Origin: Acanthaster planci
Lineage: Eukaryota
Length of the DNA stretch: 62,000 bases
Assembly (NCBI RefSeq): GCF_001949145.1
Contig: NW_019091401.1
Span: forward strand, 1,178,001 to 1,240,000
Direction of reading: 5' to 3'
Shown here: piece after piece, positions 24,105 to 38,160 of the stretch
How positions within the stretch are numbered: position 1 is the first letter of the stretch
Layout of the letters: the number at the start of each line of letters is the position of its first letter
The notes under the pieces: generated by a model
The model's input: the letters and a program-made list of their open reading frames with translations, nothing else
Told to the model about the DNA's origin: nothing
Database searches by the model: none
Program-made: the position numbers and the translations under genes

Positions 24105-26524
24105 TTGAGATCGGCTATCTTCACCCCCTGAACCCTGATTCTGTGCAGCATTCGCTGACAAGCATTGAAGGGCTGAATACTAGGCATGACCTACACCGAC
24201 TGATACACACATCACCAGTCACATGTGATTCAACCGTGACTGTTGTTATGTCAGACACTCTGGCACCAGTGGCAGTAAATCGTCCAACCAGAATTAAGCA
24301 TTATCCTGCCTATCTGGTGCAGGACACTGAGTTCACTCTTCCCAAGAGCCTCCAGCATGGAAATGGAACTGGTAGCGCCCAGCGACCCATGGATACAACC
24401 AGGCCTCCTTCAGTGTGCAGTCAGAGGACTCGAGCTTAAGCCAGTTCTACCAGATCCCAGGTAGCAAGACGGTTGGCGGAGAAGGGGTCTCTGGAGAAAG
24501 CACAAGAATTGAAGAGAGCTGCGTTGGAGGAGAGTGCCCCAATCTGGTTCCAAGCGGAGCAGAGGCAAATTGAGATTGATTCGAACTAGCAGCAGTCTAT
24601 AATTCAGCTTGAAAAGGACAGATTGCAGCATGAACTGTCAATTACAGAAGATATTGAACAAAGAGAGCTAAGTATTAACTTAGAGGGTCCAGATGAATAT
24701 GTTCAGAGTATGGGTGAATAAATCATACAAATTTGTACCTGTAGGTTCTGTTGCAGAAGCAAGTCCAATTGCAATGTCCATGCCTGCTCAACCGTCGCGG
24801 CCATTGCAGCCATTGTCCTCGTTGTAGCCCTTGTAGTCCCAGCCGTGGCAGACGTTACAGCCTAATGCGGCTACGCTAATGCACCTGCGCACTTGTGATG
24901 GGCGGCAGGTGTTAGCTGTGTAACTGTGTTAACTCCGCTAAAATTAAACCCAACCTTGATTTAAGGGTTGGTGATGAGGGCTCTGTTCTATGGTCTGTTG
25001 TCAGGCCAAATCCCAAACTGGATTACAGTCGAAATGTCTGGATTAAGGTTGTACCCCTGACAGTCTATGGTCCAGCTGGAAAGCTTGACACCTATGGAGT
25101 TCTCGATGAGTGTGCAGCACGCACCATGATACTCCATGAAGCCGTTGACACACTCAAGCTGCAAGGCCAGGACGAGACTCTTCGTGTTGAGACAGCGATG
25201 GGAGACATGACTGGCATGGCAAATGTGTAAATTTTGCTGTTTCAGCCACATGGGATCGTGCCCAGAAATACAACATCGACTGTGCCTTTTCTGCCTCAGA
25301 TGTGCAAATGATTGACTACAGTATCTCGGCCGAGAAACGTGGGTTTGCCCTCTGAAATTCGTACAGGTCTCAAGGTCAGCTCCCCTGTTGCAGTCAAAAC
25401 TCTGTTCGGTTGGACTGTTCAGGACAAGCAGGGACCACAGCAACATGGCAAGGCAACTTCCAGTAAAAACATATTATTGACATTGTTCACTCAACCCGAA
25501 ATGCGCCTGCATCTAATGATGAAGTTCACGTCAATGAGAAGGATGCAACTCGCTCCAAAAACGACAAACTAGCGATCCGTACCTTGGAAGAGATGTCCAA
25601 ACGGGTTGAGGTAGACGGAATACGCAGGATGGAGACTCCGTTGTTGTGGAAGCCATGTCACTTGCGACCCTCAAGTACTCCACAAGCTGTAAAGGCTCTG
25701 GCCTACTCCAACAAGAGAAAGATCGACTGTGATCCAGAAATAACAGAGTTTTGTCAGACCCACATACAGAAGCTGAAGGATTAGGGTTTGATTAAAGTTC
25801 TTGGCCCAGCAGATAAGTTGACAACAGAACAACAACGAGGCTGGTATATACCTTGCCAAGTAGTCCACAGCAGTGGAAAGTATAGACTTGTGTTTAACCG
25901 TTCGTTCGAGTTTTGTGGTCAGAATCTGAACTAAGAGCTACTCGCCGCTCTTGAACTTCACTGGGACCGTAACATCGATGAGCTGTTCCATCCTGCCAAG
26001 GCTCGATTAGGGTCTACTCACCAAGCGCACAGCGCTGAGGGTCTTACAAGCCAATTTGAGCCTCTTGAAGACATTGCGCCATTCACCGCTAGGGCCAAAC
26101 TGATCCTTCAAGAACTCTGGAAGGACAAGCTGGATTGGGATGTCCAGTATCTAATCTTGATATCAAAGGCAGGTGGGAAGAGTGGTGGTCGGAGTTGGAT
26201 CAGATTCCAGGAGTTCATTTCAGACGCTGCTACACACCACCGCAGGAAGATAGTGCAAGTGTCAAAAGAACCCTACATGTCTTTTTGTGATGCCTCTGAA
26301 AGATTGTACGGGCGGTAGCTTATCTTTGTTAGACAATCAAGGAGGTATCCACTTAAGTTTTGTCCTTGCCAAATGTCGGGTGGCCCCGAGGCGCCTTCTG
26401 TCAGTGCCCTGCCTGGAATTAATGGCCGCACTCTTTGGTTCTCAGCTTACCCAAGTCGTCCTCAAGGTACTGACAATCAAAATCGAATATACACTATGTG
26501 GAGTGACTCCACAACAGTTCTGAC

Positions 26525-27920
26525 ATGGAAGACATGGAAGAGAAAACAGAGGATACTCTCACTCCTGATCAAGTACGTGAAGCCGAAATCCAGATTCTCC
26601 GCCGTGCTCAACTCGATAGCTTCAAGGCTGAAGTCTCTGCACTCTCCAGCGGGAAGGAGCTTCCACGGAACAGTCATCTTCTGGAACTATCTCCCGAATT
26701 TGATGACACAACACAACTGATGAGAGTTGGTGGCCGCCTCAGGAAATTGCAGCAGTCTGAGGTTAACACTCTAGAACCTCACCCTGTAGTCCTGGATTCG
26801 CATCACATGGTCACTAAACTCCTTATCAAGGATGCAGACTGTCACTTCAACCGCCAGGCAGGAACTGGACAGGTCTTTGCCCATCTTCGTCGCAAATTCT
26901 GGATTGTGAAAGGGCGTAGCTCTGTCAAAGGTGTCCTTCGGGCGTGTAATGACTGCAGACGAAGGCGGAAGAAACATGAAGTTCCCCGTTCCCCTGAATC
27001 ACGTCTCCGACTCCACAAACCACCCTTTTATTCTACGGGGATGGATTGTTTTGGCCCGGTTAATGTGAAGATTGGTCGACGACAAGAGAAACGGTGGGGA
27101 CTACTCTTTGAGTGTATGACCACTTGAGCTGTCCACCTGGATATTGTACAATACATGGATGCAGATCACTTTCTCATGACGTTTCGGCGATTTGTATCCC
27201 GTAGGGGAGTTCCATATGAAGCGTATAGTGACTGTCGAACAAACCGTTGTTGGGGGTCACTCGGAGATACAGGAGGCCTTGAAGAGGATGGAACCTGACC
27301 TGGTAAAGCGACTTGCCGAGTATAAAGTTGTGTTTCACTTCAATCTCCCAATGCACCTCATTTTGGTGGGCTCTGGGGGCGTGAGGTGAGGTCAGTTAAA
27401 GGGGCACTCAAAACTGCGATCGGTAACTGTGTTGTACCAGAGCCAGTCCTACGAACTGTGTTGGCTGAAGCTGAAGGCATCATGAATTCTAAACCCCTAG
27501 GGTATGCCTCGTCCGAAATCGCAGATGTCGATCCCATTACCCCAAACATTCCCCTGATGGGGTGGTGAGATCCTGCTTTACCTATGGTGGTTTATGATGA
27601 AGCAGAGTTGAAGGGTAGTCGAAGTTGGCAACATAGCCAGGTCTTGGCTGATAAGTTCTGGCGCCAATTTACAAAGTCATATTTACCTACCCAGCAAATA
27701 CGCCAGAAGTGGCAGCGAGAGGTAGACAATGTGGCAATTGGGGATGTTGTTTTGGTTTCTGACCCTCAGTTAACCCGCTCCCAGTGACCAGTTGGTAGAG
27801 TGTCAGAGATTTTTCACAGTAGTGACAAAATTGTCAGAGCAGTGACAGTTAAGGTAAGTAGTAATACCCGACTGGTGAAACTTGCAAGGTATGATGAAGA
27901 GGATGTTCCAGATGTGTAAA
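26525..27920 (+). pseudogene. BEL/Pao integrase and C-terminal domain
   Basis: MRVGGRL, LRRKFWIVKGRSSVK..C..C, PPFYSTGMDCFGP, FECMTT*AVHLD, PHFGGLWGREVRSVK, AEAEGIMNSKPL; stops and frameshifts. Confidence 0.92.
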
Positions 27921-28055
27921 AGGTACAGCTGCCCCCTTCAGAGTTTCCAGTTTGACCGTTCCTAGTTCAGGTTTAGGTTTGTTGTTTGACTTGTGTTAGT
28001 TATAAACGTATGACCTTTTTGGATGTTCAAATTTCACTTGATATTTGGGGGCAGC

Positions 28056-28597
28056 TGTTGCGACTGTACATCACATTATGGCAGAGGGCGCACTTCATGT
28101 ATGGCAGAGGGTGTGCTTTGCGTGCGCGATGCAGCCCAACGTGGCGCGGTAGCAGGCCGATTTGTATCGATTGCAATCACGTCAGCGAACTGCACCGAAT
28201 CGCAGGACTTTTCAGGGTTCAAAAACATAATTAAATTTCAAGTGGCAACCCTCAACTTTCTCCGGCACTTAGGACCATTTTTCAACCGTAGTTTTTAGCT
28301 TTTCTGCCCTCATATGAAAGCTCAAAGACCAAGGGAGTTGATCCTGGCAACGATTTACACAATGTCACCATTTTGGAGGCCTCTCCTTTTTCAAAAGATA
28401 CTGTGGGGGGCACTTTTAATGCTAGTGAGCTGGTCAAAATTCTCACTTGAATTAGTGGTCTGCACCCTTTATGTTGTATGTGAAAACCCATATTCAGTGC
28501 TGCCATGTTGAGACAGCTACAATCAACAAGGGAATCCTGTCCTGTTTATGATAATTGTATGAAATGGATAGCCTGAGCCCAGGATAACAGTCCTACA
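28056..28597 (+). repeat. BEL 3' LTR
   Basis: Starts TGT directly after tttgggggcagc purine tract, ends ACA; last 126 bp match the 5' LTR. Confidence 0.75.
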
Positions 28598-28786
28598 CAG
28601 AGGGATTTTTTGATGCAACCAGAAATAAAACTACTGCACGCACGGCAGCGAGGCCGGGATACTCACTGCTATGACGTCACCTGGTCGCGTACCATTTCTA
28701 TTTCTCAGACGCGAGGTGGAATCGGCCAATGATGCACTCCGATTTGCTCATGAATATTTATGAGGTGTAGTAATGGTGGTGCGTTC

Positions 28787-29074
28787 NNNNNNNNNNNNNN
28801 NNNNNNNNNNNNNNNNNNNNNNNNNNNNNNNNNNNNNNNNNNNNNNNNNNNNNNNNNNNNNNNNNNNNNNNNNNNNNNNNNNNNNNNNNNNNNNNNNNNN
28901 NNNNNNNNNNNNNNNNNNNNNNNNNNNNNNNNNNNNNNNNNNNNNNNNNNNNNNNNNNNNNNNNNNNNNNNNNNNNNNNNNNNNNNNNNNNNNNNNNNNN
29001 NNNNNNNNNNNNNNNNNNNNNNNNNNNNNNNNNNNNNNNNNNNNNNNNNNNNNNNNNNNNNNNNNNNNNNNNNN
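28787..29074. other. Assembly gap (N run)
   Basis: Run of N. Confidence 1.
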
Positions 29075-31194
29075 GATGGAACGAGGCGGGGACTTGACCT
29101 TTGTCCCAGAATGCCTTGGAAAACACACTGCAACGTTCGATAAGCCTCATTTTGAGGCTTCCCTTGAGTGTAACACTGGTGTGTTCATGGAAGCTAATCG
29201 AACGCACCCATTGTAGAATACGCAAATGATGTGACGCGACAGGCTATTCAGGATGAATATCCGGTTCATAAGTGTGATGTCACTTCAGTTTAACCACGTC
29301 CACTGCACACGTACACGTGCACTGCTCATAGGGTTACATGCATTGATCGCCGTTTATGTGGAACCATGGAACCGGAAGTTAATGCGCATTTTGTGCGGAG
29401 CCAGTGAATCGTGGCGCGTCCGCCTTTGTGACGAAGTCACTTACGAACCGGATACAAACGCGTAAAGTCAATTGCGCGCGTGTTTCAAATTGTTACATTT
29501 TCTGCATAACTGCTATTTGGAATAAGTCACCCTGGTCATTTACTCCTAGCATAGGCAGGCAAACACGCACCAAAGTACACCAGTACTCAAGTCCGAGGCT
29601 GAGTGCATGTGCGCAGGGTAATCTGTCAAGTAGATTCACCAAACACCAGAGCAAGTACCACACAAGGACTACATCAAGTTCAAAGTGTCAAGTCAAGTTG
29701 CCAAGGTTTAATCTAAAATAAACAAAATATTTCTTATCGATTGACAAATTAATACAAATTACAAAAAGTACACGTACATGATATGCACAATAAAATAAAC
29801 ACTGATTTCCCAAACGTATCGATACCGCAAAATAGCATTACAGCTATGGCAGGTACATTTTGAATCGCCCCTTAAACTTCAAGTTGAATATGCCTACATG
29901 ATCGTGCATGGAATTTACATCGCTGAATTACACCAATCGAACTCGATGTCTCGACAAAGTTTCACAAAAACTCTTAAACTTACGACCCGCCGGACTCTAG
30001 AAAAGTTCTACGACAGCTGCAGACAATGTAGTGCACATCTACCGCTACAAAGTAGACCAATAACCCAAACTGGAAATTATTATCGGCAGTTTTCTCCTTG
30101 CAGTTTATCTGGTCAAATCAACCGCTGCAAACGAACCGAACCTATATCGATAGGCCGTAACTGACAGATGTGGTTGTTACCCTGCATGATCATATTGTCA
30201 AAATACATTAAACCTCCCCTATATTAAAATCCAAGCAATTGAAAATAATATTACCAAAGAAAAATCGTAACAGTGACACAACAAAGACAATTAATTATCT
30301 TTTGCAACCTGTGTGTGTATTAATAGGCATTGCCTTTTAAATTGTAAAAACAAAAGCCTTGCTGAGAGAGACTTTAATCAACACAGTTGCATCAAAACAT
30401 TACATCTGCGGGTATCAACGTCAAAATCCACTTACGTCTTCGGTGGAAGGAAAATATGAGGTTGTTTCCCCAAGGGCTACAATTTATTATCAGGTATATT
30501 TCCAGATCAGTGAGAAATTAATTTTCGGTCGCTCGGCAAATTGACTGATGAAGCAACATGAATTGAAGGACGGTTGAGCACACTTGCGTGGATCACTTCT
30601 TAACTTTTTTGTTGTCTTTGTATCTTTCAGTATCGTAGCTCCTTCCGTTACTTTCTGACGCACTCTCTGGCATTGTGGTGATTTCCCGTCTCTTTTTTTG
30701 TGTGTGATTTTATTTTGTGGGGGGGACTTTTTTGTTTTATTTTTTTTTAATGTCTTTTCAGCCTTTTTTATCCTGAGGGGGTTTCGGACTGCTTTAATTG
30801 CAGTTTTAATCTTATTGAAAATTGTACTTTTTTATTTTTCTTTATGGAAATGTTTAGGCGGTGATTTCACTACCATGATTGATGGCATGTCGAAATAACT
30901 GACGGTGAATCCCATGCAATTTGGGTTGGGGTGGACGTGGCGCGCGGTACGTGCAGGCATGGATATATTCACTCGCCTATCCACACTACCCTTAGGGAGC
31001 TAGGAAGGGTAGCCTATTTAATTTTTATTTCTTTCATGGTTTCTTGACAGATTTAAGATTCATTTTCAGGTTACTTTGTTTTAATTTTTTTTATTTTACC
31101 ATCACATATTTCAGTGCGTCTGTACACACATGTACATGTACTTATAGTTTGATCAAGTGTTATTTTTTCTTTTAAGTCTTGTTTTACATTTGTG

Positions 31195-31272
31195 CGGGGC
31201 CCTCACTGAAAGCAGTTGGTAATAATTGATGAGGCTTAACCTGTTGAAATAAAACAGCTAATAATAATAAAA
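31195..31272 (+). mobile_element. Possible 3' tail of a CR1/L2-type LINE or SINE
   Basis: Stem-loop (cctca..cagtt..aattgatgagg), AATAAA and (TAA)n tail after a T-rich tract. Confidence 0.4.
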
Positions 31273-31329
31273 ACCAATATCTTTCACCAAATACTGCGAC
31301 TGCTAGCCTGATCCGGGAGTTTGCTTACG

Positions 31330-32630
31330 AACTCAGTAAACCGTTAATCGGTGTTCTGAATTCATCATACCAAAGCCGCATTGTACCGGAGCAATGGGAA
31401 AGGGTGATCGTAGTCCCGCTGTCGAAAAGTTTGCCGTCGTCATGGGACAAGCTACGTTCAGTTTCAGTCTTTTGTTGCACTCTGAGATATTGAATCCAAT
31501 TTGGATCCTAATCAATTTGGCAATCGTAAGAGAATGTCAAGATCCCCGGTTTATTTGGTCAAACTTGTAAACAAATTGTAACGGCGACAAGACTTATAGT
31601 TTTCAATTTTTCAGAATATGCACACCGATTCAGTAAAGCCTTTGATCTGATTAGCTGCAGCATCGTTATTCAACATTTTTTAAGCCTGGGCACTCGGCCA
31701 TCGTTGATTCCTTCGGTGTGCAGCTTCTGAGTCTTAGAGGAGCGCTCACATTGTGCTCGCTACACGTTTCTAAATTTGTTACCTTGCATGATGGCCTACC
31801 ACAGGGAACTGAGTTTGGCCCACTGGGTTTTAGCCAAATATAACGGGGCTGTGCGTACAAGCGACAACAATGGACGGATCCTCAGTCTCAAGTACGTTGA
31901 CGATATGACAATTATTGAGAATTCTTGTATTCGACACGGAATTATTGCGATCAACCCTTGACGAATTTTTTGACTGGACTGTCTAAAAATGATATGAAGC
32001 TTAACCTAGATAAATGTGTACATATGGTTATTTGTTTTAGGAGGAATTTGCCTGAAGTTATTCCACTCAAGATATATTCTAAAGACTTTAATAAAAAATT
32101 GTCGAAAGTGTCAAAATATTAGGTGTTACCATTAGTTCTGATTTGAAATGGGACCTTCACCTTTCTCAAGTTAACCGTAAGGCTAATAATACGTTATATA
32201 CATGCTGAAGTTACTGAAAAAGTTTAAATAGTCAGTCGATGATTTGTTGACAGTATATACACGGGGTTTGTCCGCCCCTTGTTAGAGTTTGCCGTGCCTG
32301 TTTGGAATGCTGGAGCAACTGTTTTTTGAACTACTGTGTTAGAGAGAGTGGAGAATAGATTTAGAATTATTTTAGGTACTGACTATTTGTGTTATGATCC
32401 TGCCCTTCAACAGTGTGATTTGACCAACTTTCAACAAAGAAGGGAAAACTCGGCCTTCAATTTGCAATGAACATGTACACATCCTATGCGTACTCTGAAT
32501 GGCTACCTCAGAAAGTTAAACATAAAATGCAAGGTTCTCTCAGACATTCGAACTGTTTCTCTCAAATCGAGTGCAGAACGGATACATACAAAAATAGTGC
32601 GATCCCATATTTTGTCAAGCTTTTATTTGT
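31330..32630 (+). mobile_element. Decayed CR1/L2-group non-LTR retrotransposon, RT and C-terminus
   Basis: DFSKAFDLI-like, GLPQGTEFGP, LKYVDDMT, MKLNLDKC, ILGVTISSDLKW, FVRPLLEFAVPVW, CRTDTYKNSAIPY; many frameshifts. Confidence 0.9.
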
Positions 32631-34932
32631 AAGATGTTTTTTTTTATTTTTTACAATTGGTTGCTGTTTTGATGTTTTAAAGTTCCCATGGGGCTTTCAT
32701 TGTGTGTGTATTTTTTTTAGTAATTTAAAGGTTATTGTTTAAAATCCTGTAAGTCAGTAAGGTTAAAAGGTGTATTTGAATGTAATAGAATCTTTAACGA
32801 ATTTGATGAGGAGTTTTATGCTTTAAACCAACTTAAATGTTTTATAAAATTGTGCAGTTTTATAATTGGCCGTTTATGACAATTATTATTTGATTTAATT
32901 TAAATTTTGCTGCAATTAGCCCATGGCTACAATGCAATCTGAAACTTGGCTCAGCCCAGTGACGTAAATTTATGCAGGGAATGGGGATGGAGGACGATGG
33001 GGGACTGATGGGATCTCAACTTATATATTACATGTCATGCAGGCATCCACTTATCTTGAATAAAGAAACCCTTCAGAAATGAAATTAACGAAAGGCCCGC
33101 TCTGAGCGCTCTCCCCTCCCCCCTCTCCCTCTAATGCATTTGGAGGAAATTGGAATAACGACATTGCTAAGTTTTTACGGTAGTTTTTCTAAAATCGTAA
33201 TGATGAATATGGGCATTGCTTCACCTACAAAGCATTTCATTTAGTTGGTTAATGATTACAACCCAAACCTTCCCAATTTCTTACTGTTTAAAGCCAATTC
33301 CGCCATTAAGTGCTCTACCTCTTATATTTGGACTGTGGCACCGCTTCGCTTTCCCACTTGAGACGTGGTCAAATACTTTCCTAAAGCGGAAATACTTAGG
33401 AACTTGCGGCACGGAAAAACAATATTACGAGATGATTCTCACAAAAGCCATTTTGGCTGGTTCCCTGGCCGAGTGATATCAGTGCACTGCTAAAACTCTC
33501 TGCTCATTTAAAGTACATCTCATTGTCACTTGGCATTACAGAGTTACTACTTTCGTACAGTTTATTCAGCTGCTCGTTCTTCTCTGTAAATTATCCTGCC
33601 ATCTCTAATTTGTCCGTGTTGAAGGTTCTACCGTCCTCGAGCATTATATCAGATTTCCACTGACATGTACGGCAACCGTAAATCGTCAGTAGCAGGAATT
33701 GCTTTTTATGCGTATTTACTATTCGTTGTACCACATGTTCGGTTATAAGCTAAAAAAAAATTGATTTTTTTTAGTATTTGATTGTAAATGAACAATTATT
33801 ACCGCAGGCGTGTAATATTCCATTTTCTGCCTTTAAACCAATACCTTTTTTGTGACAAGGCCAATTACTTTGCGCTCCAAATATCCCCAATGGAGGGACC
33901 ATTTTCTGGTCATCAAAAAGGAGTCACTTATGTTATCCCCCTTAGTGTTGTGTCTGGAAAACAATTTTTTGTAAGAGGTTTTTGACTTTTCACTAAACAC
34001 CTGAGGAGTCCATTAGTAAGGTTTGGTTTCACAAATCGGGCGCAATCAAAATATAATTCAGGAGCTCAGTCAATTTTGTTTGATACGAACACAGTCTATT
34101 AATATGATTACGAATCAGTTTTAACGGCACGGAATTCTGCACTGAAACTATTAAATTCTTATTACTTACAGTAAAATAATTATAATGAACTCTTCCACGT
34201 ATGCATGGTTGGTAAGGAGAACTTATTTATCCATACCCATCTGAGTCCGCTAACAAAAAGTAGTTGCTGTGGTGTTGCTATTCTATCCCACCAATAACAA
34301 GTTCCTTTTGCATTTAAGAGTCTATCATTGGTAAATTGAGGGCCGACAAAGATGATTTTCCACTCTAAAAATGTCGAATTTAATTAAAAAAGCCCAGTCG
34401 AACTTAAATAAATCTAACATGGCGGACCAGCACAACACGAAACGTCATTTTGCGATCTTTCAGCCTGAGTTACATAGAAACAGATTTATTTTCGGCGTGC
34501 ACTACTAGTATTATTTCTCGAAGAAAAAAAATCGAGGCCTTTTTCTCGAAGAAAAAAAATCGAGGCCTTTTTATTCGCAAGTCCCGATGTTATGGTTCCC
34601 AGCGATCTTGCAGTGATGTCTCAGTGAAACAGGCCTATCACCAAGGTGAACAGTTCGATATCATTTGGGAGTCTTATTCCGGCATTGGACAAGATTTTTA
34701 GTTTCAAAGGTCAGCTTTGAGCTATCTTATCTTATATCATGCAGGAATTTGAAATACAAATGTTGTAACTGAAACCCCATCTCCCCCAGCTCCGTCTAGC
34801 AATCTGCTCCCTGCGTTTCGAAATATTTCCATTTTAGTAGCCGTATTTGCTGATGCGTCTGTTTGTCAATGATTTTTCTCATCTCTACTACACGTTGTGA
34901 ATATGCGCATTGCTAATTATCAATGAAGTTTA

Positions 34933-35149
34933 GGGCCAACTTCGAATAGCAATTGTATTTGATTCGGTAGTAGTACGATGTTTGAAACCACGCCGGGCTT
35001 CTGCCGTAGTAAAATCCTCTGCCGTGCCGAAGTCAATTTGCCGAGCCAAATTGGTTATAAAACGTCGGGCTTATGCCGTGCCAAATACCAAAAAAAAATC
35101 AAGTTGAATTGTATTCAACATGGCATAAGCACGACGTTTGAAACGGGCC
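34933..35149. mobile_element. PIF/Harbinger-like MITE
   Basis: tta|gggccaacttcgaa ... tttgaaacgggcc|taa; internal repeats gggctt.tgccgt and acga.gtttgaaac. Confidence 0.5.
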
Positions 35150-35263
35150 TAAAGCTGCAGTTACAAAGGTCATTCAATAATGGCGTAATGGCGGAGCACA
35201 CACAACCAACATGCATCCAAGCACTCCGTGGCTGTACGTGCACTTATCAAGGCATGTCATGAC

Positions 35264-35431
35264 GGACGCTGCGGCAATACGGGCAATTCACAATTGTGCG
35301 CCTCCAAGAGTTTACAACGCGTTGGCCAATCTCAATGCGTGAAATTTGTAGACCCAACTCGCGTTTGGAAAGGGTCGACAGATTCTGCGCGACGTGATTG
35401 GCCAACATGTTGCAAACTCTTGGAGGTGCAC
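35264..35431 (+). repeat. Palindromic MITE-like repeat, inverted copy at 56396-56559
   Basis: gtgcgcctccaagagtttacaac ... gttgcaaactcttggaggtgcac arms plus a shared one-sided flank gcaatacgggcaatt. Confidence 0.85.
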
Positions 35432-38160
35432 GACGTTGAATCACCCGTATTATTTTTATATGAATGGTTTCCTTTGAAATGATAAGTGAAATTGGGTATT
35501 GGTAACCAGCGGTGCGACCATACCCTGGTGCGTAGTCCCAAATGGTTGACTAAATAACTATAGTAGTCACTCGCACTTGCTCCATGTTAGTCAGGAGTGT
35601 TCATTTTGCTGGAAGCGACGCGCCCGTAACGCGCGCATTTCATATTTTGTCACCCAGTGAAGTGCAGTTCCGACCAAAGGGGCTGCCGTTGCTAGTGAAA
35701 TTGTGCCCTCCCTTGGTACAGATCGGGGCTCATGGAAAGTAAGACTTTGTCCGAATTACTTGGCCGTGGATGGAAATTCCGCACGAGTCTATGTAGAGTC
35801 GTGTGGAATCTCAATCCGGAACCAAGTAATTAAGACACGTCTAATCCTGTGTTCGTAAGTTATGGCTGCAGCAATTCTTAACGCATGCGCACAAAGACGT
35901 CCCAACATGCGGCCTGTTTCCACGGCATCACTAGCAGAGCTAGAGGCGTTCAGCTGTGCCGGACATCATTATAATTGTAGGAAACCTAGAAATGAAAATG
36001 CCCTAGGTTGAAAAATATCTTGAATGCGTGCTCTTGGGTGTGGTAATCGGGCAACAAAGAAATAATTTGACAACAAAGGGCAAATGAACTTAGTTGCGAG
36101 CAGGGCACATTCACATGATATCTAGTACATGTATTCCAAAACGGTATTAGGCCTATTTGAAGAGTTATCCTAACGGAAGTGACGTCAGCAACTGCAAGAA
36201 GAAAAGTAGAGAAAAACGAGGTACCGGTAACTACTTAAAGAAAGTCGACACACTTGGTGAAATAATGATAAGCTTGTGAAAGGACAAACTATTTATTACA
36301 TAAAATAGTCTCATTTTACAAATACACGTGCAAGCCATAGACGAGATCAATGCGCTTTAAAATATAACAACTCATTTTTAAGAATGCAGTTAATACCAGT
36401 ATTATTAATTAATAAAATATGAACGATACTGCTCCTCCAGTCGGATTTACTACATTAAAAATTAAATGTTTTAAGTAATGAGCTGTTCTTTCGTACTGAA
36501 ACGCGCTCATGATTATTCGTGTTAGTAGATGGCATGCGCCTTTTCCACAGACGCAAGGTCAGTGTGCATGGTGATCTTATGTGTAAGATAAATCACGTGC
36601 ATGCAGGAATAAAACTGGGTAAATGGATACGTCTAGAAAATAGATCAAAACGCATAAGAAAAGACGCCGTATTTGCAAAAGCCATTCACGTCAGTCCCAG
36701 AACGATACCCATTTTGCTTTTCCCTGTTTAGTTCAAGCATAGCATTATACTGTAATACCCAAACCATTAAAAAAAATGAAATGCCACGCCGATGTTGCGT
36801 AAGACGCTCCGTTATATCTTATAATCTGGAGCTGTGATGTTTCTCTGTTACCGAACGAGAGCGAGAGCTACTCGTTAAACGGAAGATGACCAGTATGTGA
36901 AGAGATGAACACGTTTGAGATAATTCCGTATGCGCAGTCAACCTTACCGTCATAGTGGAAATTACATTATAAACTTTGGTGAGATTATAGGTTCCATTAT
37001 GATTATAAACAAGATAAGACTACACATCGTCCATTACAGAAGCTATAACCTCGCAATTCAATTATACACCCTAAACAGAAAAAGCCCTTAAAATTAATTC
37101 TATTATAATGGTTAATTTTGTAACAGCAATTAAGAGGAATATACATGTAGTTATTTACAATAGGTGTGTTCGAAGGGTAGTGCGTCATTCTTGTTACATG
37201 AATTGAAACATCTATTTATTTGAGGTTGTGCTCAGCAATGCATGTTAACAAATATCTCTGGTAAAACCATAGCTATCCGCTTAAAACGCGAATTTAGACA
37301 AGACGAATAGTCCGCAGTCTTAACAAAGCTATGATTACAAGACTACATATCAGCATATATCAGCTGTAATAAACAGGCTCTCATAAAATCCCACGACATC
37401 CCCCCATCGCCACCACCTTTACTTTTATTTCCCCTTCATGGCCCCATTTGTAATAACAAACCTCATCAGAATCTGATGAAATAGAACTTCTCGTTTGCTC
37501 CACACCTCATGTGCGTATAGCTTTTATATCGTGATTTAAACCCGTCAAAATGCCAGGATTTAATCTGCGCTCTTGGTCAAATAAACGTTTCCTCGCTCAG
37601 AATAAACAATGATCGCATGGATAAGATCGTCATCTATACGTATCGAATTGCTGCTGTAAAAGTCGACCCGATGATTTCAAAGAATGTCATTTGTTTCTCA
37701 GCCCTGAAGTGGAGTATGCATGCATGGTCGAGTGGCGCCCGCCCGATTAGGCCATGAAAATACCATGTCATCGGCAGGGAATCGATTTTACTAGACGTTG
37801 TAGCAGACGCACCTGCTGTCTGAATACAACACGGAGACCGCGTGAAATGATTCCTTCAAACCTGCATTTAGATAATTATTACAGGAGGATTCCACGCTGT
37901 GCATCGGCAGACATTTTCCCCCTGCTTCCACCCCAAACGTCCACCTGTCCAACACGGGCCAAGTTTGCGGTAGGTTAACTTATATGAGATCATATGCAGA
38001 TCAGCTTATCATGAGATTCTGATTCGAGACTAGCTGACTCAAACAAGATGAGCTTAAATTATGTCAGGTCAATTCAGATCATGCCCAAATCAAATCAAGT
38101 AAAATTGATTCAAACTAATTCACAAGAAATCGTAAAATAAAATGAGGTTTCATCTATTAA

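Larger units (their letters stand above)
23951..28597 (+). mobile_element. Decayed BEL/Pao LTR retrotransposon
   Basis: Paired LTR segments, tRNA-Tyr-type PBS, protease (DTYGVLDEC), RT start (WYIP..KYRLVFN..QNLN), Pao RNase H region (AKLILQELWKDKLDWD, LHVF.DASE, SFVLAKCRVAP), integrase, C-terminal FWRQF..YLP..Q.RQKW domain, purine tract before 3' LTR. Confidence 0.92.

Noticed and set aside
28705..29225. ORFs with long X runs (also 48602-48915)
   Set aside because: Artefacts of N gaps
30543..30600. CTGATGA hammerhead-like core (also 37473, 49217)
   Set aside because: No stem II followed by GAAA and closing stems
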